A stretch of 64,000 nucleotides of DNA from an uncultured Gemmatimonadales bacterium (lineage in GTDB: Bacteria > Gemmatimonadota > Gemmatimonadetes > Gemmatimonadales > GWC2-71-9). Below the pieces are notes generated by a model, which was given only the letters and a program-made list of their open reading frames with translations, was not told where the DNA came from and did no database searches. The stretch covers positions 192,001 through 256,000 of the forward strand of contig CAWJIM010000002.1 in assembly GCA_963842945.1 (NCBI GenBank). Reading direction: 5' to 3'. The position numbers were made by a program, and so were the translations under genes. Positions 10,978-24,423 of the stretch are shown here, in pieces (position 1 is the stretch's first letter; each line of letters begins with the position of its first letter).

Positions 10978-13900
10978 ATGTCTATGCTCCGACGCGCCAT
11001 CCCGGCCGTTCTGCTTCTCTGCCTGATCGCGCCGGGACTGCTGCTCAGGCCCAGTATTTCGGCCGGAACAAGGTTCAGTACAGCTCGTTCGATTTCAAGG
11101 TCATCCAGACCGAGCATTTCGACGTGTACTACTACGAGCGGGAACGGGTTGCCGCGATGGATGCCGCCCGAATGGCCGAGCGAAGCTATGCCCGGCTGTC
11201 CAAGGTGCTGAATCACGATTTCCGGGAGCGCAAGCCGATCATCCTGTACGCCTCCCACTCCGACTTTCAGCAGACCAATGCGCTGGGCGAGCCTCCCAGC
11301 GAGGGAACGGGAGGCGTCACCGACTTCCAGCGGAACCGGGCGGTCATGCCGTTCACCGGCTCCTACGCGGAGTTCGAGCACGTCCTGCAGCACGAGATGG
11401 CGCACCAGTTCCAGTACGACACCTGGTCCCGAGGCCGCTCTGGTGCCGACCTGGCGACGCTCATCGCCATCAATCCTCCGCTCTGGTTTGCCGAAGGCAT
11501 GGCCGAATACCTCTCGATCGGGCCGATCAATCCGGAAACCGCCATGTGGCTCCGGGACGCCGCGCTTGGAGGGGAAGCTGCCCACCATCGACCAGATGAC
11601 GCTCGATCCGTATCAGTATTTCCCCTACCGCTTCGGCCATGCGCTCTGGTCCTACATCGGCGAGCGCTGGGGCGATGAGGCGGTTGGAGCCATCCTCAAG
11701 GGGACGCTGTCGGGCGGAGTCGAAGGCGCGTTCCGCCGGACGATCGGGCTCACCCTGGAGCAGCTCTCCACCCAGTGGCGCGACGCGGTGCTGAAGAAGT
11801 ACCTGCCGGAGATCGGGGCCCGGGCCAAGGCCCGGGCGGTAGCTACCGAGCTGCTGACCGAGAAGCGCTCCGAGGGAACCCTGCACCTGGCCCCGGCCTT
11901 GTCTCCGGACGGCTCGCAGGTCGCGTACTTCAGCGAGAAGGACTTCTACTTCGTCGACCTCTATCTCGCAGACGGGCGAACCGGAAAGGTCAAGCGCCGG
12001 CTCCTCAAGTCGGGGGTCAGCAGCAACTACGAGACCTATCGGTTCATCAACTCCCAGGCCAACTGGTCTCCCGACGGGAAATTTCTGGCCTTGGCGGCCA
12101 AACGTGGCGGGCGGGACGACATCGTGATCGTGGATGTTAAACGCAACAAAGAGGTGAAGCGCATCCAGCTGAAGCTCAGCGGGGTCACTACTCCCTCCTG
12201 GAGCCCGGACGGTCAGCAGCTGGTGTTCACCGGCTACGATGGCGGCCTCAGCGACCTCTTCGTCGTCTCCCGCGACGGCAGCAACCTTCGACGGCTGACC
12301 CAGGACAAGTACGCCGACCTGCACCCGGTGTGGTCGCCCGACGGAAAAACCATCGCGTTCGCCACGGATCGGGGCATGGAGACCGATTTCAAGACCCTGG
12401 CCATCGGCAACATGCGGATCGCGCTGTACGATCTCGAAATGGGCTCCATCCGGGTGCTCGACCACATGGATCGGGGCAAGAACGTGAGCCCGCAGTGGGC
12501 CCCCGATGGACGTTCGATCGCCTTCGTGTCGGACCGCAATGGCGTCAGCAACATCTTCCTGTACGACATGGGCCATCGGAATGTCTATCAGCTGACCGAC
12601 TTCTACACCGGTGCCCAGGGCATCACCCCACTCTCCCCGGTGCTCTCCTGGGCGCCCAAGGCTGACCGACTGGCGTTCGTGTACTTCGAAAAGGGTAAGT
12701 ACGACGTTTATACCCTCGCCAACCCGCGTGGCCTGAAGCGGCAGCCGTACCAGAACGCGCCGGACAGCAGTGGAGTGCTCGCCAGTACCACCGCCATGCC
12801 GGTGGACACCACCCGCTCATTGCAGGTACCGGATGACGTGCGGCCTCAGGTGGGCGAGGGTGGCTCGATCTACCGTTCACCGTCGGGATTTCGCTCATCC
12901 AGCGAAGTGGCCCGCACCGGAGATACCGCGGTGGTGGCACCCCCGATCTCGATTGCCGCCTTGATGGATTCCGCCAACTTCAACCTGCCGGACACCAGCG
13001 AGTTCAGCCTCAAGAACTATAAGGTCCACTTCACGCCGGATTACGTGGCCCGGCCCTCGATCGGCTACGCGCGGGATAACTTCGGGCGCGGATTCTTCGG
13101 GGGCACCGCGATCGCACTGAGTGACATGCTCGGCAACAAGCAGCTCATCTTTGCCGGCTACGTTAACGGCCGGATCAGCGAGGCGCAGGTCACGGCGGCC
13201 TACGCCAACCTGAGCCACCGGATCAATTGGGTCACCGGAATTTCCCAGGAGCCCTTCTACTTCTATGAGCCCAGCACCCTCAGGGTGAACTCGCCCGGTG
13301 TGGGACTCAACACCTTCGTCACCAACGTTCGCCGGCTGGTGGTGCGCTCCGTGTTCGGCCAGGGCTACTACCCCATCAGCCGGTTCCAGCGGATCGAGGG
13401 CGCTCTGAGGTTTTCCAACGTGGACGACGCGGTCCTGAGCGTGCTGGAGCCGTATGATCCCCAGACCGGATTTGCTGTGGCAGACCCGACGCTGGAAACG
13501 AACAACCAGCCGGGGATCAATTACGTGCAGCCTTCGCTGGCCCTGGTCTTCGATAATTCACTCTTCGGCTACACCGCGCCGTTCTACGGGCGCCGCTGGC
13601 GCCTGGAATTCGTACAGATCGATCGGCGACTGGAGTTTCTCCCAGATCACGGTCGATACCGGCGCTACGACAAGATCGCCGGACCTATCGTCTTGGCAAC
13701 GCGCCTGCTGTACTTCGGCAGGATCGGCCGGGACGCCGACCGGTTCCGGATCTTCGGGGGAGGCACCGATCTGATACGGGGCAACACCTCGGGCTCCTAT
13801 CGGAGAGGCGAGTGCCTCAACTCCAGCGGTACGAATACCAACGGCAGTCAAAGTAGTACCGGCTGCGCCGAGCTGGACCGGCTGGTAGGGACCCAGGTGG

Positions 13901-14211
13901 GCGTTGCCACTGCCGAAATTCGGTTTCCCATCCTGACCCCGGCTATGCATTTCGTCCCCCAGGGCTTCCCGCCGATCGAGGGCGCTTTCTTCTACGACAT
14001 CGGCGCGGTCTGGGATGGGAACTCGGTTCTGAAATGGAGCCGCGAGCCCGGGGACGATCCGGTGAATGTACGCACGCCGCTCCAGGTCTTCGGCGCCGCG
14101 ATTCGGCTGAACGTGTTTGGCTTTGCTGTGGTCCGGATGGATTATGCCATTCCGCGGGGTCGCCGCGGGGTGAAGGGGCTCTGGGCCTTCAGCCTGGGTC
14201 CGGCGTTCTAA
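10978..14211 (+). CDS. Secreted gluzincin peptidase + PD40/WD40 beta-propeller + Omp85-type barrel protein (frameshifted)
   Basis: QYFGRNKVQY N-terminus; HEMAHQFQ and WFAEGMAEY; multiple PxWSPDG repeats; C-terminal barrel ending FSLGPAF. Confidence 0.8.
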
Positions 14212-14287
14212 GGACGGGACGGGGAGGAGCAGAAGCTCCTTCCCGTCTTTCACTTCCCCGCTTCCCCGCTTCCCTGCCTCCCCGCTA
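14212..14287. repeat. Purine-rich / pyrimidine-rich inverted arms with CTTCCCCG-type tandem units
   Basis: ggacgggacggggagg ... cttccccgcttccccgcttccctgcctccccgct. Confidence 0.5.
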
Positions 14288-14297
14288 TTTTCCGCAG

Positions 14298-15695
14298 GTG
14301 CATCTCCACACCACAACTCGGTCGCTCGGCATCCTCCTGCTCTGCGCGGCATGCAGCGGCAAGGCCGACCTCGAAACGGGCAACCTGCCGGCATCAGCCC
14401 GTTCGATGGCGAGTGTCAGCGTACTGCGCATGCCCAGGGAGGGCGGGCTGGCGCGGCTCTACCGAGTACCCGGCTCTCGATTCAGCGGCTTGGAAAGCCA
14501 GCCGAGCGTTTGCCACCCATCGAGCGGACCATCGGCGCCGACGCCGAGCAGGGACTCGTCTTCGTGCTCGACCGCAAGAACAACGTGGTGGCGGTCGACT
14601 TGGACACCCGCAGGGTCCGTACCTTCCTCGAAAACGTTCGCTACGCCACGCTGGGGCCTGACGGCGCTCTGTACGCAGTCGACACCGGCAGTGCCGTGGT
14701 GCAACTGGTTCGCCGCACACCGGTACGGTTCCGCTCCAAGCTGCAGGGAAAGCCGGCTGAGCTGCATGGGACCATGGACGGGGCACTGCTGGCGCGGCTG
14801 GCCGGGAACAAGCCCGCCCTGGAGTTCCTCGGCTCAGACCAGGCGCCAACCTCCACGCCGCTTCCCGATGGGCAAGTCGCCTCCAGCTTCGTTGGCGATG
14901 TGGTGGCCGTGGCCGCCGACTCTGCCGTCATTCTCTACACCCCCCATCAGAAGTCCAAGCCGCGCGTCATTCCCATCGAGGGGGATGCGCGAGCGGTGCT
15001 CTTCTCTCCGTCCGGGCACCGGCTGTATGTGGCCCGTGCGGCCGCACCGCTCTTGATCCTGGATCGGTTCGAGGGAACCCGACTGCGGGAGATCGAGCTT
15101 CCCGGCCCCGCCAGAGCGCTCCGGAGCGATATCTATGGCAGCTGGCTGCTGGTCCAGCCCGGAGAGAGCTGATTCCGTCTGGGTCATCGATGTCGGCACC
15201 GGCAAGTATCTCGGTGCCACCGCGGCTCGCTGGAGCGACGATCTGCCCGCCGTTGCGGCTCCGCACACGCTGCTGGTGCGACGGGGCCAGGACATAGTGG
15301 CCCTGGATCTGGCTGATAAAGGATTCACCGAGACGGGGCGGATCGAAGGGGGCGCGAGCGATCTGTGGCTTCCGCTGGCCTGGCATCCGGCGCAGGAGAA
15401 CGATATCCCGGTCGATGCCGATTCGTCCCGCCAGGCCGATGCCGACAGCGCCGCCGGTCGGCCCACGGTATACCTCCAGGTCAGCAGCTCCCAGAACCCA
15501 ACCTGGGCCAGCGAACTCTCCGAAAAGCTCAGAGCGGCCGGCCTGCCGGCCGCCGTGCTCACGCCCAAGCGTCAGGAAGAGGCGTACCGGGTTGTGCTCG
15601 GGCCCTATGCTACACGCGAGCAGGCCGAGGAAACCGGCCGGAAGCTCGGGATGCCTTCTTTTATCGTCACGGCTCAGGACCAACCGGCTCGATAG
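14298..15695 (+). CDS. Lipoprotein with beta-propeller-like region and C-terminal SPOR domain (frameshifted)
   Basis: LLLCAAC lipobox; C-terminal YLQVSS...YRVVLGPYATREQAEE SPOR motif. Confidence 0.75.
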
Positions 15696-15723
15696 CGTTC
15701 ACCCTTCGTGGGGGGCAGATCGC

Positions 15724-18700
15724 ATGAAGCTTACCAAGCTGGAGCTCTCCGGCTTCAAGTCGTTTGCGGATACTGTGACCCTGACGTTTGAGGAGGGCGT
15801 CACCGCAATCGTCGGCCCCAACGGTTGCGGCAAGTCCAACGTCTCCGACTCGGTTCGCTGGGTGCTGGGCGAACAATCGGCCCGGCTGCTGCGAGGCGGG
15901 AAGATGGAAGACGTCATCTTCCAGGGATCCGCCGCCCGGCGCCCGGTAAACGTCACCGAAGTCTCGCTCTATCTCGACAACAGCGATGGAGACCTGCCGA
16001 TCGCCTACCGTGAAGTGGTGGTCACTCGGCGGCTCTCCCGCTCGGGACAGAGCGACTACCTCCTGAACGGCTCTCCGGTTCGGCTGCGCGACATCCAGGA
16101 TCTTCTGCGGGGCACCGGGCTGGGGAGCGATGCTGGAGTGGTGATCGAGGCCAAGATGATCGACCTCCTGCTCTCCGACCGCGCAGAGGAACGCCGGTCG
16201 TTGTTCGAGGAGGCTGCCGGGATCGGGCTCTACCGGGACCGGAAGCACAGCACCGAGCGCAGGCTGGAGGAGACGGCGGTAGACCTGCAGCGGGTCGAGG
16301 ATCTCATTGCCGAGGTTCAGTCCCAGATCCGGAGCCTCGCGCGCCAGCGCGGCAAGGCCGAGCGGCACGCCAAGCTTTCCGAGGAAAAGTTCAGCCTTCA
16401 GCTCACCCTGGCTCAGCGTCACCTCGACCGCCTGGCCGACCGAAGCCGCAGGCATGGAGTCCCGCTACGCCGAGCTGACTGACCTGCTGCCGCTGGCGCG
16501 CCAACAGCTGGCCCAGGCGGAATCGCAGCGGGAGGAGTGGGCCCGGGCTCGAAGCGCGGCCGAGGGTCAGCGCACCGAGATGACGATGCGCCTTGCGGCC
16601 TTGCGGGTGGAGATCGGGAAAGCTGGACGGCGATCTGGCTCTGGCCAATGAACGGCTCGCGAATGCCTCGCTCGCGCCGCCTTCGCGCCGCGGAGGAGCG
16701 AACCCAGATGGAGTACCGGGCTGCCCAGGCCGCGATGGAACAAGCCGCGGCCGCGGAAGACCACGAGTCCTCTGCCGCCGAGCACACCCGAATTGGTCGC
16801 GAGCTGATTGGCCGAGCCGAAGCCGAGGAGGCGGTCCGCCAGAAGCTGAGCGATCAGCGATCCTCTGTCCGCCAGTTGGAGCAGGACCTGCAGACTCACA
16901 CGCACACAATCAAGGCACTCGAGGGAGAGCGCACGGCGCTCGAAGGCGAGCTGGCTTCACTGCGGGAACGCACCGCTCAGGCCGAGATCCACCGCTCCAG
17001 CCTGCGGCAGGAGCTCGCCTCGGCTGAGCAGCGGCGGGACCAGGCCGTGGAGCAGGCGGACACCCTGGGGCACGAGGCCCGTGAGGCTGCGGCTGCTACC
17101 GATCACGCCCGATACCTGGTCGCTGAGGCCCGCGAGCATGAGGCCATGCACCGGGGTGACCGCCGGCAGGGCCGAGGAATCCCTGGCGCAGTTGACCGCC
17201 CGCCGCCAGGTGCTGGAAGAGTTGGAACGGGATCGGGTGGGCCTGGCGCCTGGAGCTGCCGCACTACTCGCGGCCCGGGACAATTTCCGGGGTGGAGTGC
17301 TGGGCCCGCTGAGCGACTTCGTGACCACGGGCCGCGACGACGCGGAGCTGGCAGAGCGGCTGCTCGGCGAGTGGATGCATGCCGTACTGGTCCAGGACGC
17401 GGACGCCGTCAGGGCGATACAGACCTGGCACTCGGAACAGCAGCCCGGCCCACTCGTCCTGCTGCCGGTTCAACCCGGGCCGGTATGCCCGGTGGACGAA
17501 GTGCCCCTGGATGATCGGCTGCACGCCGAGGGTCCCGCTGCCGGGTGGGTACGGGCGGCGCTAGCCGGGTCACAGGTACTGGATGAGAATGGCCGGGTAC
17601 TGCGTCGCGCCAGCGGAGCGATTTTCCTCGCCGGGGCGGGGGCGCCCCTGGGGCCCATTCGCCGGCGGGCAGAGCTCGCCACCTTGACCGAAGACATCCA
17701 GCGAGCCCAACACAGCATGAATGCGGCCGAAGAGGCCCTCCGCAGCATTGTCGAGCAGCTCGGTGTGCTGGAGCATGCACTGGGCGAGGCCACCACCACG
17801 GCAGAACAGGCCCGCGAGGCCGAGCGCCACGCCCTCGCGGTCCGGGAAGACATGGGACGAGTGGTAGCCAATCTGAGCCGGGAAACGGCCGAAGCAGAGA
17901 CCCAGATGGATCGGCTGACCGAGCGCCTGTTGCAGTCGGAACGGCGGCTCGGAGAGATCGATCAGACACTCGTGGCCGACGAGCTGGCCCGAGGCCGGGT
18001 AGAGGAGGCCGTGAGCGCGGCCCGCGTCCTCCTCGCGGAGCTGGAGGCGGAACAGGAGGCCACCCGGGAACAGCGGGCGCACTGGCAAGTCCAGGAGGCG
18101 CATCTGGCCGGCAGTCTCCGCGCCGCCAGCGATCGGCTGCAGCGGGCAGCCCGCACCCGGAACGAGGCAGAAGAGGCGGCGCGCGCTCTGTCCGATGAGC
18201 TGGCCCAGTTGGAGGCCGACACCGCGGCTGTCGCCGCCCAGCAGTCAGAGTGGCTGGAGCTGCGGGAGGAGCGCAGGGCTGCACTCCAGGAGCTGGAGAT
18301 TGCCAGCTCGCAGGCAGAATCGGAACTGGCCCAGGCCGAAGCTGCGCTAGCCGATTCCGATCGGCAGGTTGGGAGCGTGCGCGCGCGGTTGGAAAGCGCG
18401 GGCGAGGAGAGCCATGCCCTCCAGGTGCAGCTGACCGAGAGCGCCGGGTTCCGCCGCAGCATCATCGAGCGGGTGGAGGCGGAGTGGCACCGGCCGTTCG
18501 ATCATCTGATTCAGAGCACGACGCTCCTCGACATGGACCTGGACAGCCTGGAAGCCGAGACCGCCCGAGTCCTGACCGCGCTGGAGGGCATCGGCCCAGT
18601 GAATCCCCTCGCGGTGGAAGAGCATGCGGAAGAGAGCAAGCGGCTCGATTTCCTGATCGCGCAGCGGGACGATCTGGTCAGCGCGCGGCAGTCGCTCATC

Positions 18701-19198
18701 CAGGCCATCCGTGAGATCGATGGCACCGCACGGACCATGTTTCTGGAGACCTTCACCGCGATCCAGGCCAACTTCTCCAAAGTGTTCCAGACACTGTTCG
18801 GGGGCGGTGAGTGCGATCTCCGGCTGGCTACGCCCGACGAGCCGCTGGAGAGCGAGATCGACATCCACGCGGCCCCCCGAGGCAAGCGCACCCAGCGGAT
18901 CCATCTCCTCTCCTCCGGAGAGCGCACGCTGGTGGCGGTGTCGCTCCTCTTCAGCATCTATCTCACCAAACCCAGTCCCTTCTGTCTCATGGACGAGGTG
19001 GATGCGCCGCTGGACGATGCCAACGTGGGCCGGTTCACTCGCCTGCTGGACGAGTTCAAGTCGGACACCCAGTTCATCGTCATCACCCACAATCCGCGGA
19101 CCATGCAGTCGGCCGACGCCGTGTACGGCGTGACCATGCAGGAGCCGGGCGTGTCGACCATTGTCGGGGTGCGGTTGGGAGAAGGCGCCGAGGTCTAG
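15724..19198 (+). CDS. smc: Chromosome segregation protein SMC (frameshifted)
   Basis: GFKSFAD, GPNGCGKSN, long coiled coils, hinge, LLSSGE signature, DEVDAPLD, IVITH. Confidence 0.95.
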
Positions 19199-19325
19199 AG
19201 TCGCAGTCTCGGGGCTTCCGGCCTCGCCGAGTTGGCATACCCCGTGCATCATTATCCTTCCGAACCTTCTGGGGCCCTGGAATTGGGCCCCAGACAGTGG
19301 ACTGCCGACTCTCAGACCTGGACCT
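19198..19325. repeat. Intergenic inverted arms of degenerate AGTC/GACT heptamers
   Basis: gagtcgcagtctcggg ... cagacagtggactgccgactctcagacctggacctg. Confidence 0.4.
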
Positions 19326-19334
19326 GAACGCGCC

Positions 19335-20375
19335 ATGCTCATCGTCATGCGCCACGGCGCGCCCGAAGAGGACATCCGACGCGTCGCCGCGACCATCGAG
19401 GAGATGGGCTACCAGGCGCGGCCCATGCCGGGAAAGCAGCGCACCACCGTCGGACTGGTGGGCAACGATGGCCGGGTGGACGGGTCCCGCCTCGCAGCGC
19501 TTCCCGGCGTCCAGGAAATCATCCACGTCACCAAGCCATACAAGCAGGTGTCCCGAGAGTGGAAGCCGGAATCCACCACGATCCGGCTGCCGGGCGGGCT
19601 CACCATCGGCGGGGACGAGGTCGTAGTGATGGCGGGTCCCTGCTCGGTCGAGAGCGAGCAGCAGATCCTCGCGGCCGCGCGGGCGGTGCGGGAGTCGGGG
19701 GCCACCATTCTCCGGGCCGGCGCATACAAGCCGCGAAGCTCGCCCTATTCATTTCAGGGTATGGGCCGGGCCGGTTTGAAGCTGCTGGCCCGCGCCCGGG
19801 AGGAGACCGGCCTGCTGATCGTGACCGAGGCGATGGACGCGGAGGAGATGGACTTCGTCGCCGAAGTAGCCGACATCATTCAGATCGGCGCCCGCAACAT
19901 GCAGAACTATTCCCTGCTGAAGCGTGGCCGGGCGAATCAGGAAACCGATGCTGCTGAAGCGCGGCCTGTCCGCCACCATTCAGGAGCTGCTGCTTTCGGC
20001 CGAGTACATCCTGGCCGAGGGCAATCCCAATGTGATTCTGTGCGAGCGCGGAGTGCGGGGCTTCGATCCGGCCACGAGGAACCTGTTCGACCTCAGCGCC
20101 ATCCCGGTGGTACACGGACTCTCCCACCTCCCCATCATCGCCGACCCAAGCCACGGAACCGGGCACCGCGATATGGTCATGCCGATGGCCAAGGCGGCGG
20201 TGGCGGGCGGTGCCGATGGGCTCCTGGTGGAGGTGCATCCCACCCCGACCGGGCCCTGTCCGACGGGGCGCAGAGCCTCTATCCCGAACAGTTCGACCGC
20301 ATGATGAAGGAAGTTCGGCTGATCGCGGAGGCCATTGGACGCCGGGTGGCCGAGCCGGCGGAGCTGCGGACATGA
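19335..20375 (+). CDS. aroF: DAHP synthase, type I-beta with N-terminal regulatory domain (frameshifted)
   Basis: [47 protein letters not shown]. Confidence 0.93.
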   Translation: MLIVMRHGAPEEDIRRVAATIEEMGYQARPMPGKQRTTVGLVGNDGRVDGSRLAALPGVQEIIHVTKPYKQVSREWKPESTTIRLPGGLTIGGDEVVVMAGPCSVESEQQILAAARAVRESGATILRAGAYKPRSSPYSFQGMGRAGLKLLARAREETGLLIVTEAMDAEEMDFVAEVADIIQIGARNMQNYSLLKRGRANQETDAAEARPVRHHSGAAAFGRVHPGRGQSQCDSVRARSAGLRSGHEEPVRPQRHPGGTRTLPPPHHRRPKPRNRAPRYGHADGQGGGGGRCRWAPGGGASHPDRALSDGAQSLYPEQFDRMMKEVRLIAEAIGRRVAEPAELRT

Positions 20376-21022
20376 GAGTCGCTGATTCTTCTGGCGCTGA
20401 CCCTGCTGGGTCCCTCGCACGGCGCCGGCTCAGGACGCCGAGGCGATCATCGGCCGCGCCGCGCGGGTATACCGTTCGCTGGCCAGCTTACAGGCCGACT
20501 TCGTGCAACTGATCGACAATCCGATGATCGACAGCGCGGAGAGCAAAGGAACCCTGGTGCAGGCGGGCCGGCTAAACTGGCGATGCGCTTCAGCGATCCG
20601 CCGGGCGAAGCCATCGTGGTTGACGGAAAGCATGTCTGGGTCTACACGCCCAGCACCGTGCCGGACCAGGTGGTTCGGTTGTCGGTTCCCAGTGGGGGTC
20701 CGGCATACGGATATAATCTGCTGGCCTGGCTGCTCGACCGGCCGGCCGAGCGGTACCGGCCATCGTACCTCAAGAGCGAGCGGATCGACGGCCGAACCAC
20801 CGATGCCATCCAGCTGGTGCCGGCGGTGCCCGACCTGCCGTTCACCAAAGCGGTGGTCTGGCTAGACCGGGAAACCGCCCTGCCCCGCCGCCTCGAGATC
20901 CACGAAGCAGTCCGGCGCCACCCGCACGCTCAGCCTCTCTCACATTCGGGTCAACCAGTCAGTGCCGGCTTCTACCTTTCAGCTTCAAGGTTCCCGCCGG
21001 GGCCCGCGTGGTAGAGCAGTAG
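20372..21022 (+). CDS. lolA: Outer-membrane lipoprotein carrier LolA family (frameshifted)
   Basis: Signal peptide, SLQADFVQ, MRFSDPPGEAIVVDGKHVWVYTP. Confidence 0.8.
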
Positions 21023-21036
21023 TCGCCCCCCAGGTT

Positions 21037-21894
21037 CTACCCGGCGTCATCGAGCACCGCGTTGACCTGTTCGATCGAGAGGTCGTTCAGTCCGGCCTCC
21101 CGCGCCAGCAGCACAGCCGCCCGTCCCACTGTGCGATAGAGCTCTCGATCCTCCGGCCCCAGGGCTTCCAGGTGCGACTGAATAGTCTGCACGTCGCCCC
21201 GCCGAACTGCGCCGGTCAGCGGCTGCTGCTGGGCCGAGGGAGGTCAGGTTGGCGACTGCACCAGCGAGCAGGGGCAGATACAGCCGAGCCGCCATTTCCG
21301 GAGGCACACCGGCCGAGCGGGCCAGCCGCTCGGCGACCCCTACCAGGGCGACGGTGTAGTTCGCTACGAAGGCGGCGCCGGCGTGATAGGCCGGCTTGCT
21401 CTCGGCCGGGATCGTCACCGGAATCATCCGCAGCGTGTTGGCCAGCCGCTCGGCTGCCACGACTGCCCGATCGTCGCCCTCGATGCCGACGTAGGCGCCC
21501 TTGAGCCGCTCGGCGGCGGTGGCCGACTTCGGCCACCGACTGTAGCGGATGGAATGACCCAAGCCCAGCTCCGGTCTCCTCCAGGCGGGAGAGCGCGCTC
21601 TTGTCGAGCAAGCCGGACAGGTGGAGCACGACCTGGTCCCGGGCTATGGCTCGCGCGGATGCCAGCTCCGCTGCCACCTGGGGAATGGCGTCGTCCGGCG
21701 TCGCAATGAGGACGAGCTCAGCGCCATCAGTGGCTTCAGCCAGGCTTCCCTGATGCAGCACCAGCGGAGGGGTCACCTCCCGCTGGGTACGGTTCACCAA
21801 AATCACCTTGTATCCCCGGCGCTTCAGGGCCAGTCCCAACCCCTGACCCATTCTTCCCGCCCCGATGATTGTTACTCGTGGCTGCGACAAGCAT
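21037..21894 (-). CDS. Rossmann-like / DUF2520 oxidoreductase (PanG-like; frameshifted)
   Basis: IIGAGRMG, IATPDDAI, LHLSG, SFHPLQS, KPAYHAGAAFVANY. Confidence 0.85.
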
Positions 21895-21986
21895 TCTCCT
21901 TTGACTCGTAGCCTTACACTTTAATACACAAGCCCGGTCGGCCAAACCGGCCAACCGGGCCTGAGCGAGCTGACGTACCGCTCGAG

Positions 21987-23646
21987 CTAGTTCTGGGCGG
22001 TTGCCGCCGGTGCCACTCCTACCCGGGCCAGACTGAGAAGGTCCTTCGGGGTCTGAGCCTTCCGCAAGAGGCCGATGGCCGTCTGCATCTGCTGGTCGCT
22101 GGCAGCGCGGCGGCGGAACTCGGCCGGACTTGCCGAACACGTAGCGCGCTACCTCGTAGCCGAGCTGCTCGTCGATCAGAGTCCCGGCACCCTGGAACAC
22201 GGCGGAGCTTGACATCCACCTTGTGGGCCCGGAGCCGCTCGTAGACCTGCTGCCGCATCTCGAGGCGTGATCTTGAAGGATTCGTCTTGGTCACGGTGTG
22301 ATTCTTCTTCGCCTCCAGAGCGATCGACGTCAGGGCATCACGATACTGCGGCAGGCCGTTACCCAGAGCCTTGGCGAATTCCCGCTCCGGTAGCAGTCAG
22401 TGTGTCGAGCCGAACTACCAGGTCGGGGACGATCCCGCCTCCGCCCCGTACCACCCGGCCGGCGTCGGTATGGAAGATGGGCCGCTCCTTCAGGGCCGAG
22501 TCGGTCGACTCCTTATCGGGAGCATTCAGCACCGTATCAGCCACGACCGCCATGGCGGCCTGGGTAGCCTGGTCTTCCTCGTCCTTGGCTATCCGCTGAA
22601 TGGTGCGGCCGCTCGGGCGTAAACCAGCGAGCGGTCGTCAGCTTCAGCGCCACGCCCTCTCCCAAGGGGAAGAGCGTCTGCACCAGTCCCTTGCCGAAGG
22701 TCGGCGCCCCGACCACAACGGCCCGGTCATGGTCCTGGAGTGCACCGGCGATGATCTCGGCCGCGCTGGCGGTCCCGTCGTTCACCAGCACGATGATGGG
22801 AAGGTCCGGCCACACCTGCCGGGCTTCATCGAAGAACTCCTTGGTCGAGCCGCGCGCCCGGCCCCGGGTCGACACGATCTCCTGGCGCGAGTCCAGGAAC
22901 AGATCGGCCACCTTGACGCCCTGGTCCAGCAGTCCGCCTGGATTGCCCCGCAGATCCATGATGAGCGACTTCATGCCCTTGCTCTTCATGGAGGAGATCT
23001 CCTGCCGCAGCTCCTCGGCCGACGTCTCACTCACCGGGTTCAGGGAGATGTAGCCTACCCCACCGCCGAACATGGTGCCCGGCGGCACCGAACGCATATG
23101 GATCTGGGCCCGGGTGAGCCGGTACTTGATGGGATCGGTAATGCCGGCACGGCGAATGGTGATCCCGATCTTGGAGCCCGCGTCGCCCCGAAGGGCCTTC
23201 ACCGCCTGATCGTTCTTCCAGCCTTCGGTGGACTTGCCGTCGACCTCGATGATCTGATCGCCGGTCTCGATGCCGGCTCTCTCGGCCGGAGTCTCGGGCA
23301 GCGGAGCCACCACCGTGATCCAGCCGTCTCTCACGTCGATCTGAATGCCGAGACCGGCGTAGTTGCCGGAGGTCTGCTCGGTGAGCGCCTTGTAGTCGTC
23401 GCCCGTCAGCAGCACGGAGTAGGGATCCTTGAGCTGCTCCAGCATCCCGCGGGTCGCCTTCTGGTAGAGATCGGTCTCGCCGATGGAGTCGACGTAGTAG
23501 GTGCTGACGTGGCCCAGCACATCATCGAACAGGCGGGCCTGCTGGTACACGTTTCCGTCGCTGGCCACGCCCCGCTGCAGCAGCCAGCCGCCGCTGAAGA
23601 ACGAGATCACCGCCACCAGACCAATCACACCCCAGCGCTGCTTCAT
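21987..23646 (-). CDS. S41 family C-terminal processing protease with PDZ domain (frameshifted)
   Basis: DPYS, GLGIQI PDZ, DLRGNPGGLL, TASAAEIIAGALQDHDR, TFGKGLVQ, GGGIVPD. Confidence 0.92.
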
Positions 23647-23756
23647 ATCTGCCTCCGCTCCCGCAGAATAGCTGACACAGTTCATTCCACCCTGGTGGGG
23701 CCACTCCTCACGCCGAGACCTGTTCTGGACCGGGGATTCGGCGCGCGGGCCGACGG

Positions 23757-24423
23757 TTACAGCGCGGATCTATATAGGGTTAGCCTACCGCCGACTCGAA
23801 AGATTTCCGGTGCGGCGGCCCGCACCTCCGACCACGCCGCCTGCAAGAGCTGGTCCGGCGGAAGGCGTCCGTCTAAATGTCGCACCCCTGGACCCTGAAC
23901 CGCCAGGTAGTAATCCACCACTCGGCGATGGAAATCGGCGCTCTCCCGGTCCAGCCGGTCCTGCCGCTTCCCCGCCGCGATCTGTCGCGCCTGCCCCAGC
24001 TCGGGCGAGAGATCCAGGATCAGGGTGAGGTCCGGAGCGATGTCCTGCGTTGCGGCCTGGTTGGCCATCCGAACCAGGACGGGATCGAGTCCCCGGCCCG
24101 CCATCTGGTATGCTTCGGTCGAAAGCATATAACGGTCGGAGAGGACCACCTGCCCCGCCGCGAGCGCCGGCCGGATGACGGTCTGAACCAGATCGGCCCG
24201 GGCGGCCAGATACAGGAACAGCTCCGCCAGGGGTCCCACGGAGTGGTCCGGATCGAGCAGGGCCTGCCGAGCCGATTCCGCCGCGCGGGTGCCGCCCGGC
24301 TCACGCACCACGACCGGATCGACCTGGCACTCCCGCATGCGCTCGGCCAGCGGTCTCAAGCAAGGTCGACTTGCCCGAGCCCTCCGGTCCCTCCAGAACC
24401 ACGAAGAAGCCGGCGCGCTTCAT
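23757..24423 (-). CDS. tmk: Thymidylate kinase (frameshifted)
   Basis: FVVLEGPEGSGKST, REPGGT, LYLAARA, VLSDRY, PDLTLILD. Confidence 0.93.

Noticed and set aside
22600..23898. Long antisense ORFs (also 11527-12576, 30024-31163, 41159-42316, 51447-52583, 52956-54059)
   Set aside because: Shadow ORFs opposite well-supported genes, as expected in high-GC DNA; they carry no recognisable motifs.
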